This document shows, piece by piece, positions 26,317 through 39,823 of a DNA stretch of 64,000 nt (its first letter is position 1; the number at the start of each line of letters is the position of its first letter). Origin of the DNA: Podarcis gaigeae (taxonomy: Eukaryota); NCBI GenBank assembly GCA_964106915.2, contig OZ066918.1. One strand, written 5' to 3'. The position numbers were made by a program, and so were the translations under genes. The notes under the pieces were generated by a model that worked only from the letters and a program-made list of their open reading frames with translations, made no database searches and was not told the origin of the DNA.

Positions 26317-27467
26317 CAGACTCCACAGTGCTGACTTTGCAAGACACCTTAATTTTTTACTATGCACCTTTGAAATATTTTATATTTTTATATTTAAATC
26401 AACAACACTTTAGTCTACTCTTCTGATCACAACCAGTACTGGAATTCCTTGGTTTGAGAATGCCATGGAACATACACATTCACTTGTGTGTGCCCTTTTA
26501 AATTCAAAGCATGAAACGCATAAGAAAACCTAAGAAGAATTAATGGTCAGCCATGGGTCAGTGGCAGAGCACATGTTTTGCAAATGAAAGGTCCCAGGTT
26601 GAACCCCCAACAACTTCAGGTTGGGCTAGGAGAGCCCCTGCCTAAAATCCTGGAAAATGTCAACAATACTGAGCTAGACAATTTGGTTGTCTGACTCACT
26701 ATAAGACAGCTTTGCATCTTCCCAATCATTTTTGAACATGTTCTACATCACATACTGGGTTTAGGAGTGGGGGTTCTTTTACAGAGGATGCATAACTTGG
26801 GAGACATAACACTTCTAATTCCTGACCAACCCTGTTGTACTTAGAATAAGAATGATGGCCATTGAGAGAGATAATAACCAGAGAGATAACAACCTGGAGG
26901 TGGTTCATTGCCCTAATCCAGCAATATCATCTGAATAATAGAAGAGGTGTGATTCACACATTGATGTCCCCCACAGCTTCCCATTCATCTCAGCTTCCTA
27001 TTAATCTCAGATGAAGATATGGATGTGAACTAGATATGGATGTGAACACTAGGGAGTTGTCCTCCCTAGTGGCATGTCTACTCATGTCGACATGCTCCAG
27101 GAGCTGGTTGGAGACTTTCTGTTTTCATAGTCGCCCACATGGTGAGCAGTGTTCAAATACTGGGGTCACCCATAATACGCAAATAATACTCACAGCCTCT
27201 ACAGGATGAACCATAATGTTTTAACCTCCCTGGCTATGGGCAGAAAGGGTTTTGGGGGGCCTTGGCGCTGTAATAAGTAGCCAAATAAGTGGCATCAGGA
27301 TAGTTCTACCACAATTAAACACATTTGACAAGGATTTGCCTGTTGATCATATAGTTAGCTGGTTCTTCTTCATCTTCTTGAAGATCTGCTTACATTATCA
27401 ATCACAATAACCCTCAGGTCAGAAGCAATTCCAAAGCACAGATGAGCTCTGAATAGATTTTAGACAG
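26317..27467 (+). repeat. 1.15-kb direct duplication, copy 2 (with 24-bp insertion at 27031-27054)
   Basis: Matches 13148-14274; contains the same SINE at ~26546-26722. Confidence 0.95.
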
Positions 27468-27865
27468 GTGTATACATAGGCCCTATCCACAAAGTCTGCA
27501 GCATTTTTTTCAGGGTACAGATAAGATTGTGCATACATAGCAAAAAGTAGCTCATTGGTGTAGAAGGAGAAGCTGCTTCTTGGAAGACAAACTCAAGTCT
27601 GGTGCTGGAAGAAGAAGTGAGTTGGTCTAAGAGCCAAATAATTCTTAACTGTGAAATAATTTTTTGCTTACTGAAATTTTAGCAAGAAGGAGACAGTTTA
27701 GGGGCTTGTGTTAACCCTGCTTTATTTTCACTATTCACAAGCAAAGAAGTACCATAGAAAGCTCCCAAGGAGCAATTTGCTCCAACCAAGGCTGGAGGTG
27801 AGTGGAGAGATCTGAACTAGGAATGGGAAACAGGCAGTGGAAGAGTGTCTATGGGGAGTGATGGG

Positions 27866-28342
27866 TGTCAGGGACTGGGCAGAGGAGGAATGGTGGAGAC
27901 CGTCTCCCCACCCTGACCCTTCCAGGGCGGAGGAAGAGAAAGACAGTATAGAATTACAACAGGGGTTTGAGGGAGGGAGCAGCTCAGAGGCAGATGAGGG
28001 GGAAAGTTGGGAAATCATGGGAGAGCCAGAACAACACCCGGCTGACACATTGTCATTAGAAAGCATTCCAGACCCACCATCTCCCAGAACATGGCAACCT
28101 TAAAAGTAGGAGAGCAAAGAGCTCAAAGACAAAGGGTACATAGCAGCACCCGTAGAAGTGACAAATGAGGAAGTGGGAGAGACAGGGAGTGGAGAGTCAC
28201 TTGGGACAACGCCATTATCCAAGGGGCTGGGTTCTATAGCCTCTCTCTGTAAAGAATGAAATAAAAAAGGACTGTAAGAAACTTTCCTTGTCTTTAGACT
28301 TTCCTGGGCATCCAGCCGGGAGCTGCTGACAGCATCATGACA
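27866..28342 (+). mobile_element. solo LTR (Gypsy-like)
   Basis: TGTCA...TGACA termini; perfect 5-bp TSD ATGGG (27861-27865, 28343-28347); AATAAA at ~28260. Confidence 0.85.
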
Positions 28343-28600
28343 ATGGGGTGCTGCCCCGACCTCAGTCTGCCTTCAGCTAGCTCTCAGTTGCCTTCCTTCC
28401 TTCTTACAACCATTCTAGGTGTTGGCACTGCCTATCAACTCCCTCCTTCTTGGTCTCTGCATTGCCCTTGTAGAACTCGGCAGGGAGGAGGATGGGGGAC
28501 AAAACTAGAACCCCAGAAATGTTTGCTTTCAGCCTCTGCTTTCTGGAAGAAGGTACAGGGTTATAAAGACTAGGACTTGCCGCCTGAGAAACAGATTTGT

Positions 28601-28643
28601 TTACCATTTAAACAAATCACAGCTTATGGACATTTGCAACAGA
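28601..28643 (+). repeat. 43-bp exact copy of 29865-29907
   Basis: TTACCATTTAAACAAATCACAGCTTATGGACATTTGCAACAGA at both positions. Confidence 0.93.
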
Positions 28644-31577
28644 TTTTGGTTTTAAACGCATTGTAAGGAGTCTGTATGGGAGTATTTTGTATTTAAAAAT
28701 GGGGTATCAGAGTTTTTAGGGGGCTAACCAGGTTGGGATAGCTGGGGTAACAGGCTTGTTGGGTTTTGAATGTCTTATGTAGATTTTTCAATTTCGTTGT
28801 TCTGTATGGGACAATGACAATAAAGATTATCATATTGTATCGTATCATATCGTATCATAGAATTAGCTGGCTCTGCCTGTCATTCATTCTGGCCCCACCT
28901 ACTATTGGTCTCCCTACTTTTTGGCCTACCAGTCCCAATGTACACCAGCCACTAGTGGGAATAGTTTGTCCCTGCCCACTTGAATAGTGTGAATCCTTAA
29001 AAGGCCAAAAGATGAGCACTGATTCTCCTTTCTGCATCTTCTTACCTGATGAGGAAGGAGAGAAGTGATGTGTTTCCTGAACTGTTGGGTAGGCATGGTG
29101 GAACAAAGAGTGCTTGATTTTTGAGGCTTGTGGGGAGGCATCTGTGGGAGTCCTGGCTTGGGTTGCAAGGGTCCTGGCCACCAGTTTCAGGTTCGATATA
29201 TAGAACTGGTCCAGTTCTTTAGCAGGTAATGAAGCAGCCCTGGACTGGCCATCCTTTGCTGACTCTCATCATGACATCATATGGCTGGAACACAATTTCA
29301 CCAATCTTTTTGCATCTGAATCTCAGATTTTAGTGTCATGTTTTTATTGGAAATTTCTGTGGAATTAAGTAAGTTTAAATAGCTGAAACCAATAGTGTGG
29401 GGATGATTGATATAAAAAAATACACCCTGATGTCAAGAGCATGGCATTGCATGGAACAGGTACCAGTTTGAGTTTGGAATTCTGACAGGAAAATCTAAAT
29501 ACAAGATCATTTGTGGCAGCGACTTCTCTAATTTCAAACAGAAAACACTCACTTAAGTTCAAGTCACATGTTACTCATGGATGCTTCACTGTGATTTACA
29601 CCATGTACCATTTAAGAAGTTGTGAAGGAATGAAATACGAAAACAGTTAAAAGAGAACATTGCATTCACGGGTTCCGCTTGGTTGATAACACCAAGTGGC
29701 AGAATGAGAACACTTTTTAAAGATATGATTAAATATAAATTTTATGAAAGGAAAACATCATAGCTTAAGGCTCTTTAAAATCCATGCATGCTGAAGGATT
29801 CCAAAAATAAGACACCAACTTCTTTTTTTAAAAAAATAAAATAATCCAAGCTGGCAAAATGATGTTACCATTTAAACAAATCACAGCTTATGGACATTTG
29901 CAACAGACCCTCCAAAGACTATACCTGAAATATTTATGCCAATCCCTCTTAACATTGGTCCATGTCATACCCAGCTGCATAGATAGTCCAAGCCAAACTA
30001 AACAAAGTGAAAAAGTGACAAAGTGTTTGGACTGTAGATAGTTTAAGCCATCAGAAGCCCAAACCACAAAAATATCATATCAAGTTATAAATCATGGTCC
30101 CCCTTATAGAGAAAGCCAAGCACCTCTCAGATAGACAGTGCTTCATTGGTTGAAAACAGCACCTGAGATTCGTAGCAAGTTAGTGTCCCACTCCAAACTG
30201 GTCTATCAGAAGTTCTAAGTAGGTTGGGAATACCAAGTTTCCAAAATAGATCTTTACTGAATATAATACAGTGACAAGTAGAATTAAAGTAAAAGTGCAG
30301 CTTATGCTTCGGTCACATTGTTTGTGAAATGCATTAATTTGAAGGTTATTTTTTTAAACCTGCTTGCAAATGTTTAGTACTGAGAACAACTTAAAATTGC
30401 AGCAGATTACTTTATTTTGCTATCTTTAAATAGGCATTCCAAATGAACTGGTTGTTGCTATTCTTCTGCAAATATCAAATGAAAGAATGTGGAAGTGAAT
30501 GTATTATGAACAGACCTGCATTTCGTTTTAAGTTATCCCCAAACTAGGTTGAATATTAAGATGGGACAGAGCCATTGACATAGCAACTCTAATGATTTCT
30601 GCATTTTGCTGCTGGTAAAGAATTGAAAGGTGGCTGATTTGAATATTTCCTTCAATCTTCCATCAATAAACAAGAGACAAGGCAGATTTGAAAGTTCATC
30701 TGGGAAGAGTCATGTTTTTATAATTGCATTTAGCCTTCAGGCATGTGAAATCCAGAGGGTTAGGAGTGCTGTTTTAGAGAACTGGATTAGGCCAAGAGGT
30801 ACACTCAAAACCTGGAGACACAATTTAATTTGCTTGTGGTCCCACACCTTAATCTGAGGAAAGAAAGGGGAAACTCTTTCCCATTTAATAAGTATGTACT
30901 TTGGTGAAAGAGAGCTCCATATGAAATATACATTCATCCCACCAATACTAGGGTGTTTGTTTCTTATTTGTTCTCATGTGGCAGCAGAACAATTTATGAA
31001 ACAAATAAGAAACAGAAATTCTGTATTTGGTTAAATCTGATTGTTAGATTTCTGCAGTGTTTTTAAAAGATGCTTATCTTTAATGCAATCACACAGTGTC
31101 AAAGAGGAAAAATGTGATTGCTAGCCAATGTGTCTGTAATACAGTCAATGTTCTTCAGGAAACAAAGTGGTATGGAAGTAGATTTGCACTGGAAAACATT
31201 CAAATAATGCTGTATTATGAAGATACAAGACAGCAAAGTGTTGTCAAGGGATACATTTTTGAATAACAAAAAAACAAAATTGCACAATGTTCTTTTTCCC
31301 CTGTGATGGAAAATACTATAGTCCTAACTATAAAATTAAAATCAGTCTACAGATAAATCTGAAATATCAAGGATATTGTATAATAAAGCTGGCAGGCAGA
31401 GGGGTAAAAGCAATGCACAAATATGTTCACAGTTGAATGCAACAGCCAACAGTGTTATTCAGGGGACTGTTTTAGACTCCATACAGCTGTTTTTCAGAAA
31501 CATCCTAATATCTAGCAAATTCACTCATTTGACGCACAGAGTGACTAATTGCTGTAAAACAATTAAATGTTCCAATA

Positions 31578-32810
31578 TATTACACATGCATGCAAAGGGC
31601 ACACCCAGAGTATGAAGCTTATATTTATTAAAACAGAACAGGGAAGAAATTGCACCAATCACGGCTAACAAGTGTAGGCAGGTATAAGCTGCACAGACAG
31701 ATAGGAAATCTTCTGCCTGCTGCTAAGAACCATACCACCCCAGATCAACTCCATCATCCAAGCTGGTGTGACAGGAGCCAAATAGCAACTTCCCATCAAG
31801 GGAAGCCATAGGTGTGCAGCCTGACAGGTGCCAGACACCCCTACTACTGTATTCAGCATTCAATAAGTGGCACATGCCAGGCCCCAAGAGCAGCAAAGCA
31901 GTCTCCTAAGCTGGCCAACATTAGAGAGATGATAAGTGAAGTGCCCTCCCTGCATTATGATACTGACCATGTACCACTCCACTTACCTGCCCACATTAAA
32001 TGCCAAATAAACCAAACAGCCAAAAGCCCAGCATAACCAGGCAGCTCCTCCCTCAAGCCTATTGGCTAATAAAGGCAATGTGAAGGAAGTCCCTCACCCC
32101 ATTCCCCTCGAGGCTTCCTCCTTCATTGGGCTAGAACAGGGGTCTGCAACCCGCGGCTCCGGAGCCGCATGTGGCTCTTTTACACCTTTGCCGCGGCTCC
32201 GGGGCGGATACTAGCGAGGGGAGGAGGCGCATTGTGCGCCCTGACACTCCCCACTGTGACGGGCGCTGTACTGGCTGTGATGTCGCATGGGGGCGGTGCA
32301 TGCGTTAGTCACACACTGTCCCGACGTCACCTTCCCACCCGCTGTCAGATCGCGGCTCTGGAGATATATTTGTTTTAAATGTCGCAATGGTTTTGCGGCT
32401 CCCAGTTGTTTTTCTTCTTCGGAAATGGGTCCAAGTGGCTCTTTTTGTCTTAAAGGTTGCAGACCCCTGGGCTAGAACAAACACACACACAATCTTACTT
32501 AAAAACAAATGGCCACCTCTGACTTCCTGGGAGGAATGATAGCGGACTAGTGATCAGCTGCTGACACTCATGTCAGCAGAGATAATTATGCAGTGATTAA
32601 AGGCAACCAGGGCATAAGATCTTGATTACCAAAACTTCCTTTTGAGATAAGGGGGTCAGGGATTAACCCCTCAGGTCCAGAAGAAGACATTCATCACGCC
32701 GTGAACAAAGATGTTTTCAGGATTGGAGAAGTGTCTCAGGTGAGGAACATTCATCAAGCCCATGCACTGCATCATAGCTCTTAAATTAGGGCACCAGGTT
32801 GATAATACCA
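31578..32810 (-). mobile_element. probable LTR-like element interrupted by a hAT MITE
   Basis: Minus-strand AATAAA (TTTATT ~31624), CCAAT motifs and LTR-like composition; no TSD resolved, ends uncertain. Confidence 0.3.
32137..32469. mobile_element. hAT (Charlie-type) MITE, young
   Basis: Perfect 15-bp TIR CAGGGGTCTGCAACC / GGTTGCAGACCCCTG; perfect 8-bp TSD GGCTAGAA (32129-32136, 32470-32477); CpG-rich. Confidence 0.95.
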
Positions 32811-32819
32811 CCTTCTTTT

Positions 32820-33700
32820 AACTATTTACAAGACTGGAAGTAAGTACTAATTGGATACGCTATCTGCCAGTTAATTTGCATCCAGAAACTGCTGGAAGAT
32901 GAAAAAGCATTAATTAACAAGCAAAAAATAGACCAAAAAGCTTACCTTAACTATGGATGATTTTGAAAGTTTATAAATGAAGAGATATGTACCTCTTATC
33001 CTGTCTAAAATTTACAGTTTATACCATCTGTAATTCTCTGTTGTTTGTGGGCTGTTTTAGACATGGAAACGAAAGTAAATGTTATCTGTGTCAGAATAGA
33101 ATACTGATTTAAAGAAACAAGCACATTTTTCTGGAAGCAGAGACTACCAAGGGGAGAATAATATAACTCAAGATGGCAAAAACAATGCTTAATGCCTCAC
33201 TGATTGCTGGTATTATGCAAAAATTACTAGATGAACAGTTGATAGAATTAAGAGCTGAGATGTGTGGAATATTAAAGGAGATCAGATCAGGGGGCAAAAA
33301 GAGACTAAAGAATGCACAGGACCTATGGGAAAGGATGTTGATCCAGAACAGCCTGAACACAAAAAGCTAAATGGACAACAGCAAACATTGGAATGGAGTG
33401 GTCATCCACTCAGTTGACTGGAAGACTGGATCAGACAAAGGATGCCATTGTGATGCTGGAAGAGAAACAACTGTAGATGGCAGAACAGAAAAAGGATGCT
33501 GTTGTGACTGGGAGAAATGAATGGAATTATGAATAGAAACATTAAGAAACAAATGGAGATAGCAGAGGCAAAGCTGAGAAAGGCCCTGGTGTACATGCTG
33601 AAGTGAATACAAAAGAAAATGCCCCCAAGATTTTGGAGATTAGCTTGGAAAAAGAATGGGGGAAGGGGGGAAGGGACTTTTTCTTTTCTCTTTTATCCAG
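32820..33700 (+). mobile_element. decayed L1-like fragment(s)
   Basis: Strongly A/G-skewed; short coiled-coil-like ORF 33173-33370 (LLDEQLIELRAEMCGILKEI) reminiscent of L1 ORF1; broken frames. Confidence 0.35.
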
Positions 33701-36080
33701 AATACAGAAATTCATCATAATTGATACAGAATCATGACCAACGAGAACATACCAGTCCCATTTCCTATTGTCCATGATACAGTATGATGAATATCTTTGG
33801 ACACTGGTATATACATTTTTTAAAACAAAGTGTTAAAACAACAACAACAACTTTTAAAGTGTCAGCATAACACATGGTTCAGGTGTCTTTAAGATCACAC
33901 ACAATATTACATTGCTTTATATTGCTAAATCTAAACTGAATTATCTTAGCTATATTTAAAATAATGAAACCGTGAATTTGATGCTCTCTTTATTTGCTTT
34001 CGGCCAAAAGAGCACTAAGAATTCACCAGAGAATGTAGTTATATGGGATCATACAGTACCTAAATATAATTTTGTTAAGTGAAGAACTGAAATTACCATA
34101 TGCTCACATGACTCTTGAAGTACCAGTTTCAAATGAATCCACATTCATGATATTAAAAAGCAAAAATGTTGAAGCAGTAGCACTCAAAATAAAGTATTTG
34201 TAAAGCATATTCAATGTAAAGAAAACTTAAATTATTTTCACTTTCCTTTAGGAAACAGTACCCATTCAAAGATGAAACTTCCTAAATGAAATAATTATGT
34301 GTGAAAATTCTACTATGCATTGTTGTAGGCACACATTTGACCTATGCTAAAGGCCCCTTGTGCTCAATAAAAATACTGACTTCCTAAGGAAGAAGTTGGT
34401 GAAAGGTAATAGTAAATCACTGTATGTAAAATTTACATCTGTTTACCCAGTGCATGATGTCACACAGTTCACTGACCTTGCTTGATTGGGGTTGAGATAA
34501 GCAGGGCATTTTTATTGGCAGCAACAGGAATAGGTTCAAAATTTGAGAAAACTAAATATAAAAAAAAGACTAAGAGTGAGATCCAGAGAAAATTAGGTGC
34601 ACTTAGGTGCCACTGAAATCCCTAATCAAAGAGGAGAGACTTTCCTCATCTGTAACTGAAGCCAGTGTCTGGCTTGAAATTAAGCTGAAATCCCACTGAT
34701 TAGGACTTGGGTACACTTAACTTTCTTTGAATTGTGCCCTACATGCACAACAAAAGTCTCGCCCATCTTGGAAAGCCTCGTATAAGACAGCCTTATCTCT
34801 TAAACAGAAATATTAAATTAATGAGATTACAGTTGAAACCCCATTATCCAGATGTTACAAGACATATACCATCTGATTCCAGCAGATGGCTATCAGAATA
34901 TAGAAATATAGTTGTCAGGGGGAATGGGATCGCCTCTTCCATTTCTGTATCTAACCAAGGGCTTCATTTGTTTCCGTAATCATCATGCCTTAAAGACACA
35001 TATAAGATAAGGAGGGGGGAACCTCTGGGCAGAAATGCCTTTACGTCTTTGAACAGACCGATGTGGCTTTTATACTGGGGTATAATTCACAGCCTCCTTG
35101 CATGAAATGCAAAAGGGACAGTTTCAGCCCCTCCTTTGTTCCCTAAATTCCTGCAAAAAGTTTGATAGTTTCAAAGTTCAGACGAGCTGTATAGGCAGTG
35201 CAAAGTACGCTTATCAGGCATTATCATGAACCATAGGAGAGAATTCTCTAAGTATGTCTCGATATCAGATGATATATTGATTGATTGATATATGGGAGCT
35301 CCAGTACATTGTTATAAGAAAGTTGCCAGCATAACAAGGCTTACCCTCTCAGGCTATGTTCCAAAAAAGCTTCCCATGGAATGAATGAAGCCTGATTCCT
35401 GATACACAGAAGGAACCTGCTGCTACTGAGTACATGGTTTGGGATTGCTGCCTTGAAACAAAAGAGTGGCCCAACTGCTGTGCATTTTCCCCACAGCCAT
35501 CTAAAAGCAACATATTTGTACAAACAAAACAAAAATAAGCCCTCTTTTAGACTACTCTCTTTGCTTTGACAGAAAACTTCAGTTTTAAGCCAAGATTCCA
35601 GATTGTTTTTGTGGAAACACTTCCACTTGTCTGAAAGTGTATATATAATGGATATGTGGTAGCGGTAATGTGATGCTGAAGTAATCTCATGAGAAATGGA
35701 TGACTCTCAGGGGACTCTATACAGTGGTAGGTAGTAGAGACCAGTAAGGGTGAATTGGTATTCTAACAGTATGGAGAAAGCCTTCGATTTGTACCATCAC
35801 AAAAATACCAAATCTCATTTATAATTCAGCAGTAATGTGTGTGTATTTTTTTTCCTTTTACAAAGTGTTTTGCTTTTGTAGGAAATGGAAGTGACAGCTT
35901 TGAAGGTTCTTTCTGGCTTCATATCTATAGGATCTGAAGTTGCCGTTATAATTTTGAAGTACCCTCATGCCCATAAAATCTGATAGGAACTGTAAGATTC
36001 TTTTATCTGATAAATGGACACATGTGGATCATGCCATCCAATTGGGGCTGAATTTGGAGAGGCAGATAATTATGACTGTG

Positions 36081-36289
36081 CAGTGGTACCTCTGGTTACA
36101 AACTTAATTTGTTCCGGAGGTCCATTCTTAACCTTAGGTACCACTTTAGCTAATGGGGCCTCCTGCTGCCACCACACCACTGCCGAACAATTTTTGTTCT
36201 CATTCTGGGGCAAAGTTCTTAACCTGAAGTACTACTTCTGGGTTAGTGAAGTCTGTAACCCGAAGTGTTTGTAACCTGAAGTACCACTG
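36081..36289. mobile_element. Tc1/mariner MITE (same family as 53069 and 63487), diverged copy
   Basis: CAGTGGTACC...GTACCACTG; shared internal CCACTTTAGCTAATGGGGCCTCCTGCTGC. Confidence 0.88.
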
Positions 36290-39200
36290 CAGTTTGAACA
36301 ACAGCGGAGAAAGTAAGCTTAGAATAACAAGGCAGACAAACATGGATGGGAAAACGCAGGAGCCCATTCACAGGGCTGGTATTCAGGGATACTGAACATG
36401 CCATGGGAGAACAGGATCACCCCCACTGTCCCTTCTCCTGGTTTCATATCCTAGTTTTAAGTGAGACCTTTCAAGGTTTGGTTCACTGAAGCTGGGTGGC
36501 ACAAGGGGAGAATAGAAAGGGAGTGGTGAGGAAGGAGTATGCAGTCCTAGTGCTTTTCTTGGCATGGTAAAACACCATTTATCAGACAATTGTGTACCTG
36601 TTGTTGTTTTTTCATCCTTGCAGCTACATGGAAGAATGGTCATTGAGTTGCACATCCAAAGGAAAATATACTATTATTTAATGAAAATTATATACCAATT
36701 AATCAAAAGATAAAGTGGTGAAAAACATTCTCATTCTCATAAAAAACATGACACAAATATAAAAGTGTTTAACTATGATGTAACTGTTTCAGTCCTGTGC
36801 AACAGTGCTCGTCCAAAATATTAAACTGAGATTTTTCATTGGTTCAGGAAGTAAGGCGGGAATAAAATGGCACATAAAGATTAGAATAGTTATCAAGAAC
36901 TTGGCAATTCTGAAATTTCATCAGTGGGGTGGGATTGAATACTCTTTTTGACAAGGCTGCTAAGTTTCCTTATTTTCCAATAAAAGAGATTCGTTGGTGC
37001 TGCTTCACACAACTGCACAGCAGCCTGGCAGTGTTCCTTCTCAATTCTGATAAGAATGTCTCAATGTGAGCAACACAACATCATGACACAAAGTCTTTAT
37101 GGTGGAGGAAGAAAGAAGCCATGCTCAAAATGAATTTGAATACACGAAGGACCTCTTAAAAGTAGCTGAATTCCCACCCCCATTTTGTGGGGGTGAATGG
37201 CCCCATCAGACTGAGGGGGTTGATAATCTTTGGTTCTACAGTAGTTTAGAAGTTCCATTCTATAGCCAAACAAACAACAAAGGAAATGTTAACTTTGAGC
37301 TATGGAAGCAATGAGAATTTAGGTGTTTCCTAAACCTGAACAAAAGATCAGTTTTAGAATTTCTCTATAACTGGGGAAGGGTTGGCAAGGGAGGGAGGAC
37401 TAACTGTATGAAATCCTTTCCTTATAAAAAAAGATGCACATTTTTAATTTATATTCATCCAAGGTTGGGATGTGATAAATGCAGGGCCTTTCACAAAGTG
37501 AATATTATAATGAGGCCGTAACATTTTACTAACATGAATTCATAAGGTGACCCTGGAGATTAACAATAAAACACAACTCTGTAACAGATAGAAAAGATCG
37601 CATTTCTGTGTTTTCTCCCCAAATAAGGCTCAGCTTGTCCAATCCTTATAGGGGAGGATTTGCCTGTAATGTCTCCATTGCACCTATTAAAAATAAAATA
37701 CAATTACAATTCAGCTTTGAGCACCAGTAATTCTTGCATGCTCACTGGCCTCTTTGAGGCGAATCAGAGTTTGTATACATTCCCTTCCAGCCAGAATCTC
37801 CCCTTCTCTCCCCACTCCCTATCTATAAAAAGGTGAGCAGATTAAACAAATTATGAACTATGCAGGGCTTGAATACTTTATAAAATGGTAGAACCAGCTT
37901 TTAGAAACCTTTTAATGTTCCATTTCCCAGAGGTGAAATGGCAGGCTCCATTCTCCTCTCTTTCAGTTGCCCTTGCCACTTCAAAATGTGTCTGGAAACA
38001 GCTCTGCAGATGGCCTCGTATGTTTTACAGGAAATATTACTTAAACATTGGAAAGGATCAAATTTCTCCTTTTAGGAATTACAAATCTGGATTTCATTTT
38101 CTCCTCCAAACCATGGGAAAAATGTTACTGTTTCATATGTCACAAAGGAAGTATTTTTAAAAAGAAGGGGGAAAATGAACACTTGTGTTACAAAATACAC
38201 CAGAGGACTTTGGAAATGTTCCTCTGTTTTAATATAAAATAAAAGCAAATCAAAATAATCTTCTGAAACCAATTCCCCTGCCCCCCTTCTTTAATGTTAG
38301 GAGCTAGAAAAAATATTGTACAGGATCTTAATATTTTGATTGTTATGTCTGCAAGTAGAAAACAGTAATAAAGTTCTATTTCAACTTGATAGCCCATTAC
38401 TTAACATTTCAAGCATTTCCTCCATTTGGATCTTGATTTTGGTGGGGGGCGGGTTTACAAGACTTGTTTAGGCTGCAGGTGGGGATGGAGGAGCTCCATT
38501 ATCAGAGGGGAGGGGTCTGGTGTTAGTAAAACACACAATTAAAATAGTAGCAAGTGGTGTCAGGGTTTACTGGTAATGACATTAATTGCCAGTTCATAAG
38601 CCACAATTTCCTCACTGCAAAGTTCCTGAAATCAAAATAGCCAAGTATACATATTTCCCATTTAAATCCACATTTTTGTGTGGTCCCCCCCCCCCTGCCT
38701 CTGAGTAGACACCTCACTAAGAAGGAGTGAAATTACAAACAGCACCTTTTAGGAAATTAAAAAGGGCCATTTTCTCTAATATTTCACTTCAGAATATGAC
38801 TGTTTTAAACCAATGGAAGCAATGGTTTCCAATGATTTTGAACTTTGTCCTTTGCTCCAGACATCTTAGGTACCATTGAGTATTCGCTGCTCAAATCCAG
38901 TGCTCACTACCAGAAACCCCCACCCCCAAGTCATTGCACTTTAGCTTATATAGATTAATTGCTCTGTTGTGTAAGACAACCATGCGGAAAGTGACCATGC
39001 ACAACAGAGCTTCCTTCTCTCACCCTCTCACCTGAAGCCTCTCACACATCTTCAAAAGTTGCTACAAAGTGTTGGGGGGGCTCTGTAGCAGATTTAGGGG
39101 GCAGGTGAGGAAAGGACGGGCAGATCCAAAAAAGCTCAAGAACTTTGGCTGCTCACCCCGCCTGACAAAAATCCTGGCTATGCCCATACTGCTGGGTGAG

Positions 39201-39823
39201 CAAAATTCCACTCACACAGTGTCTGATACAACTCATGGACTCACAATGTGATAAATGTACACTTTGAAGCAAATCGAAGGTAAGGAAGCCAAGGAAAAGT
39301 CGTAAGGTGGTCACTTCTTGGGCAAAAGTTTCTTCGTGCCTCAGTTTTCCAAGAGCTGGGAATCAAATTATATCTAGTGTGATATAAGAAGTCCATTCTA
39401 ATTCCTAGAATCACTATATTATTATTTTAAACCAATTGTGAATGTATGTGCTTGCCTTCAATTCAATGTCCCAGTACCATCCACATACAATCCCCTCCCT
39501 TAATAGACTCAGATTTGTTCTAGAGTTCCCACTGAATTTCTCCTGTGGCAAAATTCAAGGCATACTTGGAATGCTTGGAGGATCCTATTCAAGCATAAGA
39601 ATTTCAATAGGATTAGGAATATTTCTCAAGGGAAGTGGCTCACACGTTTTTAGTTGCCCCCAAATGCACTTTATGTTTCCTAACTGTACCTGTTTGCCAA
39701 GATTCACAGGCATAGATGGTCTGGGCCTGGCGATCTAAAGGACTTTAGGAAGGGATTCTGATGAAACCTGACCTTGCTTTAAGGGCTTCCTGGTAGTATT
39801 GAATCCTCCTAAAATGAAGACAA

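Noticed and set aside
29041-29093. Hammerhead-like CTGATGA-GGAA...TTCC-TGAAC
   Set aside because: No GAAA directly after stem II and no valid stem III/UH site; likely chance
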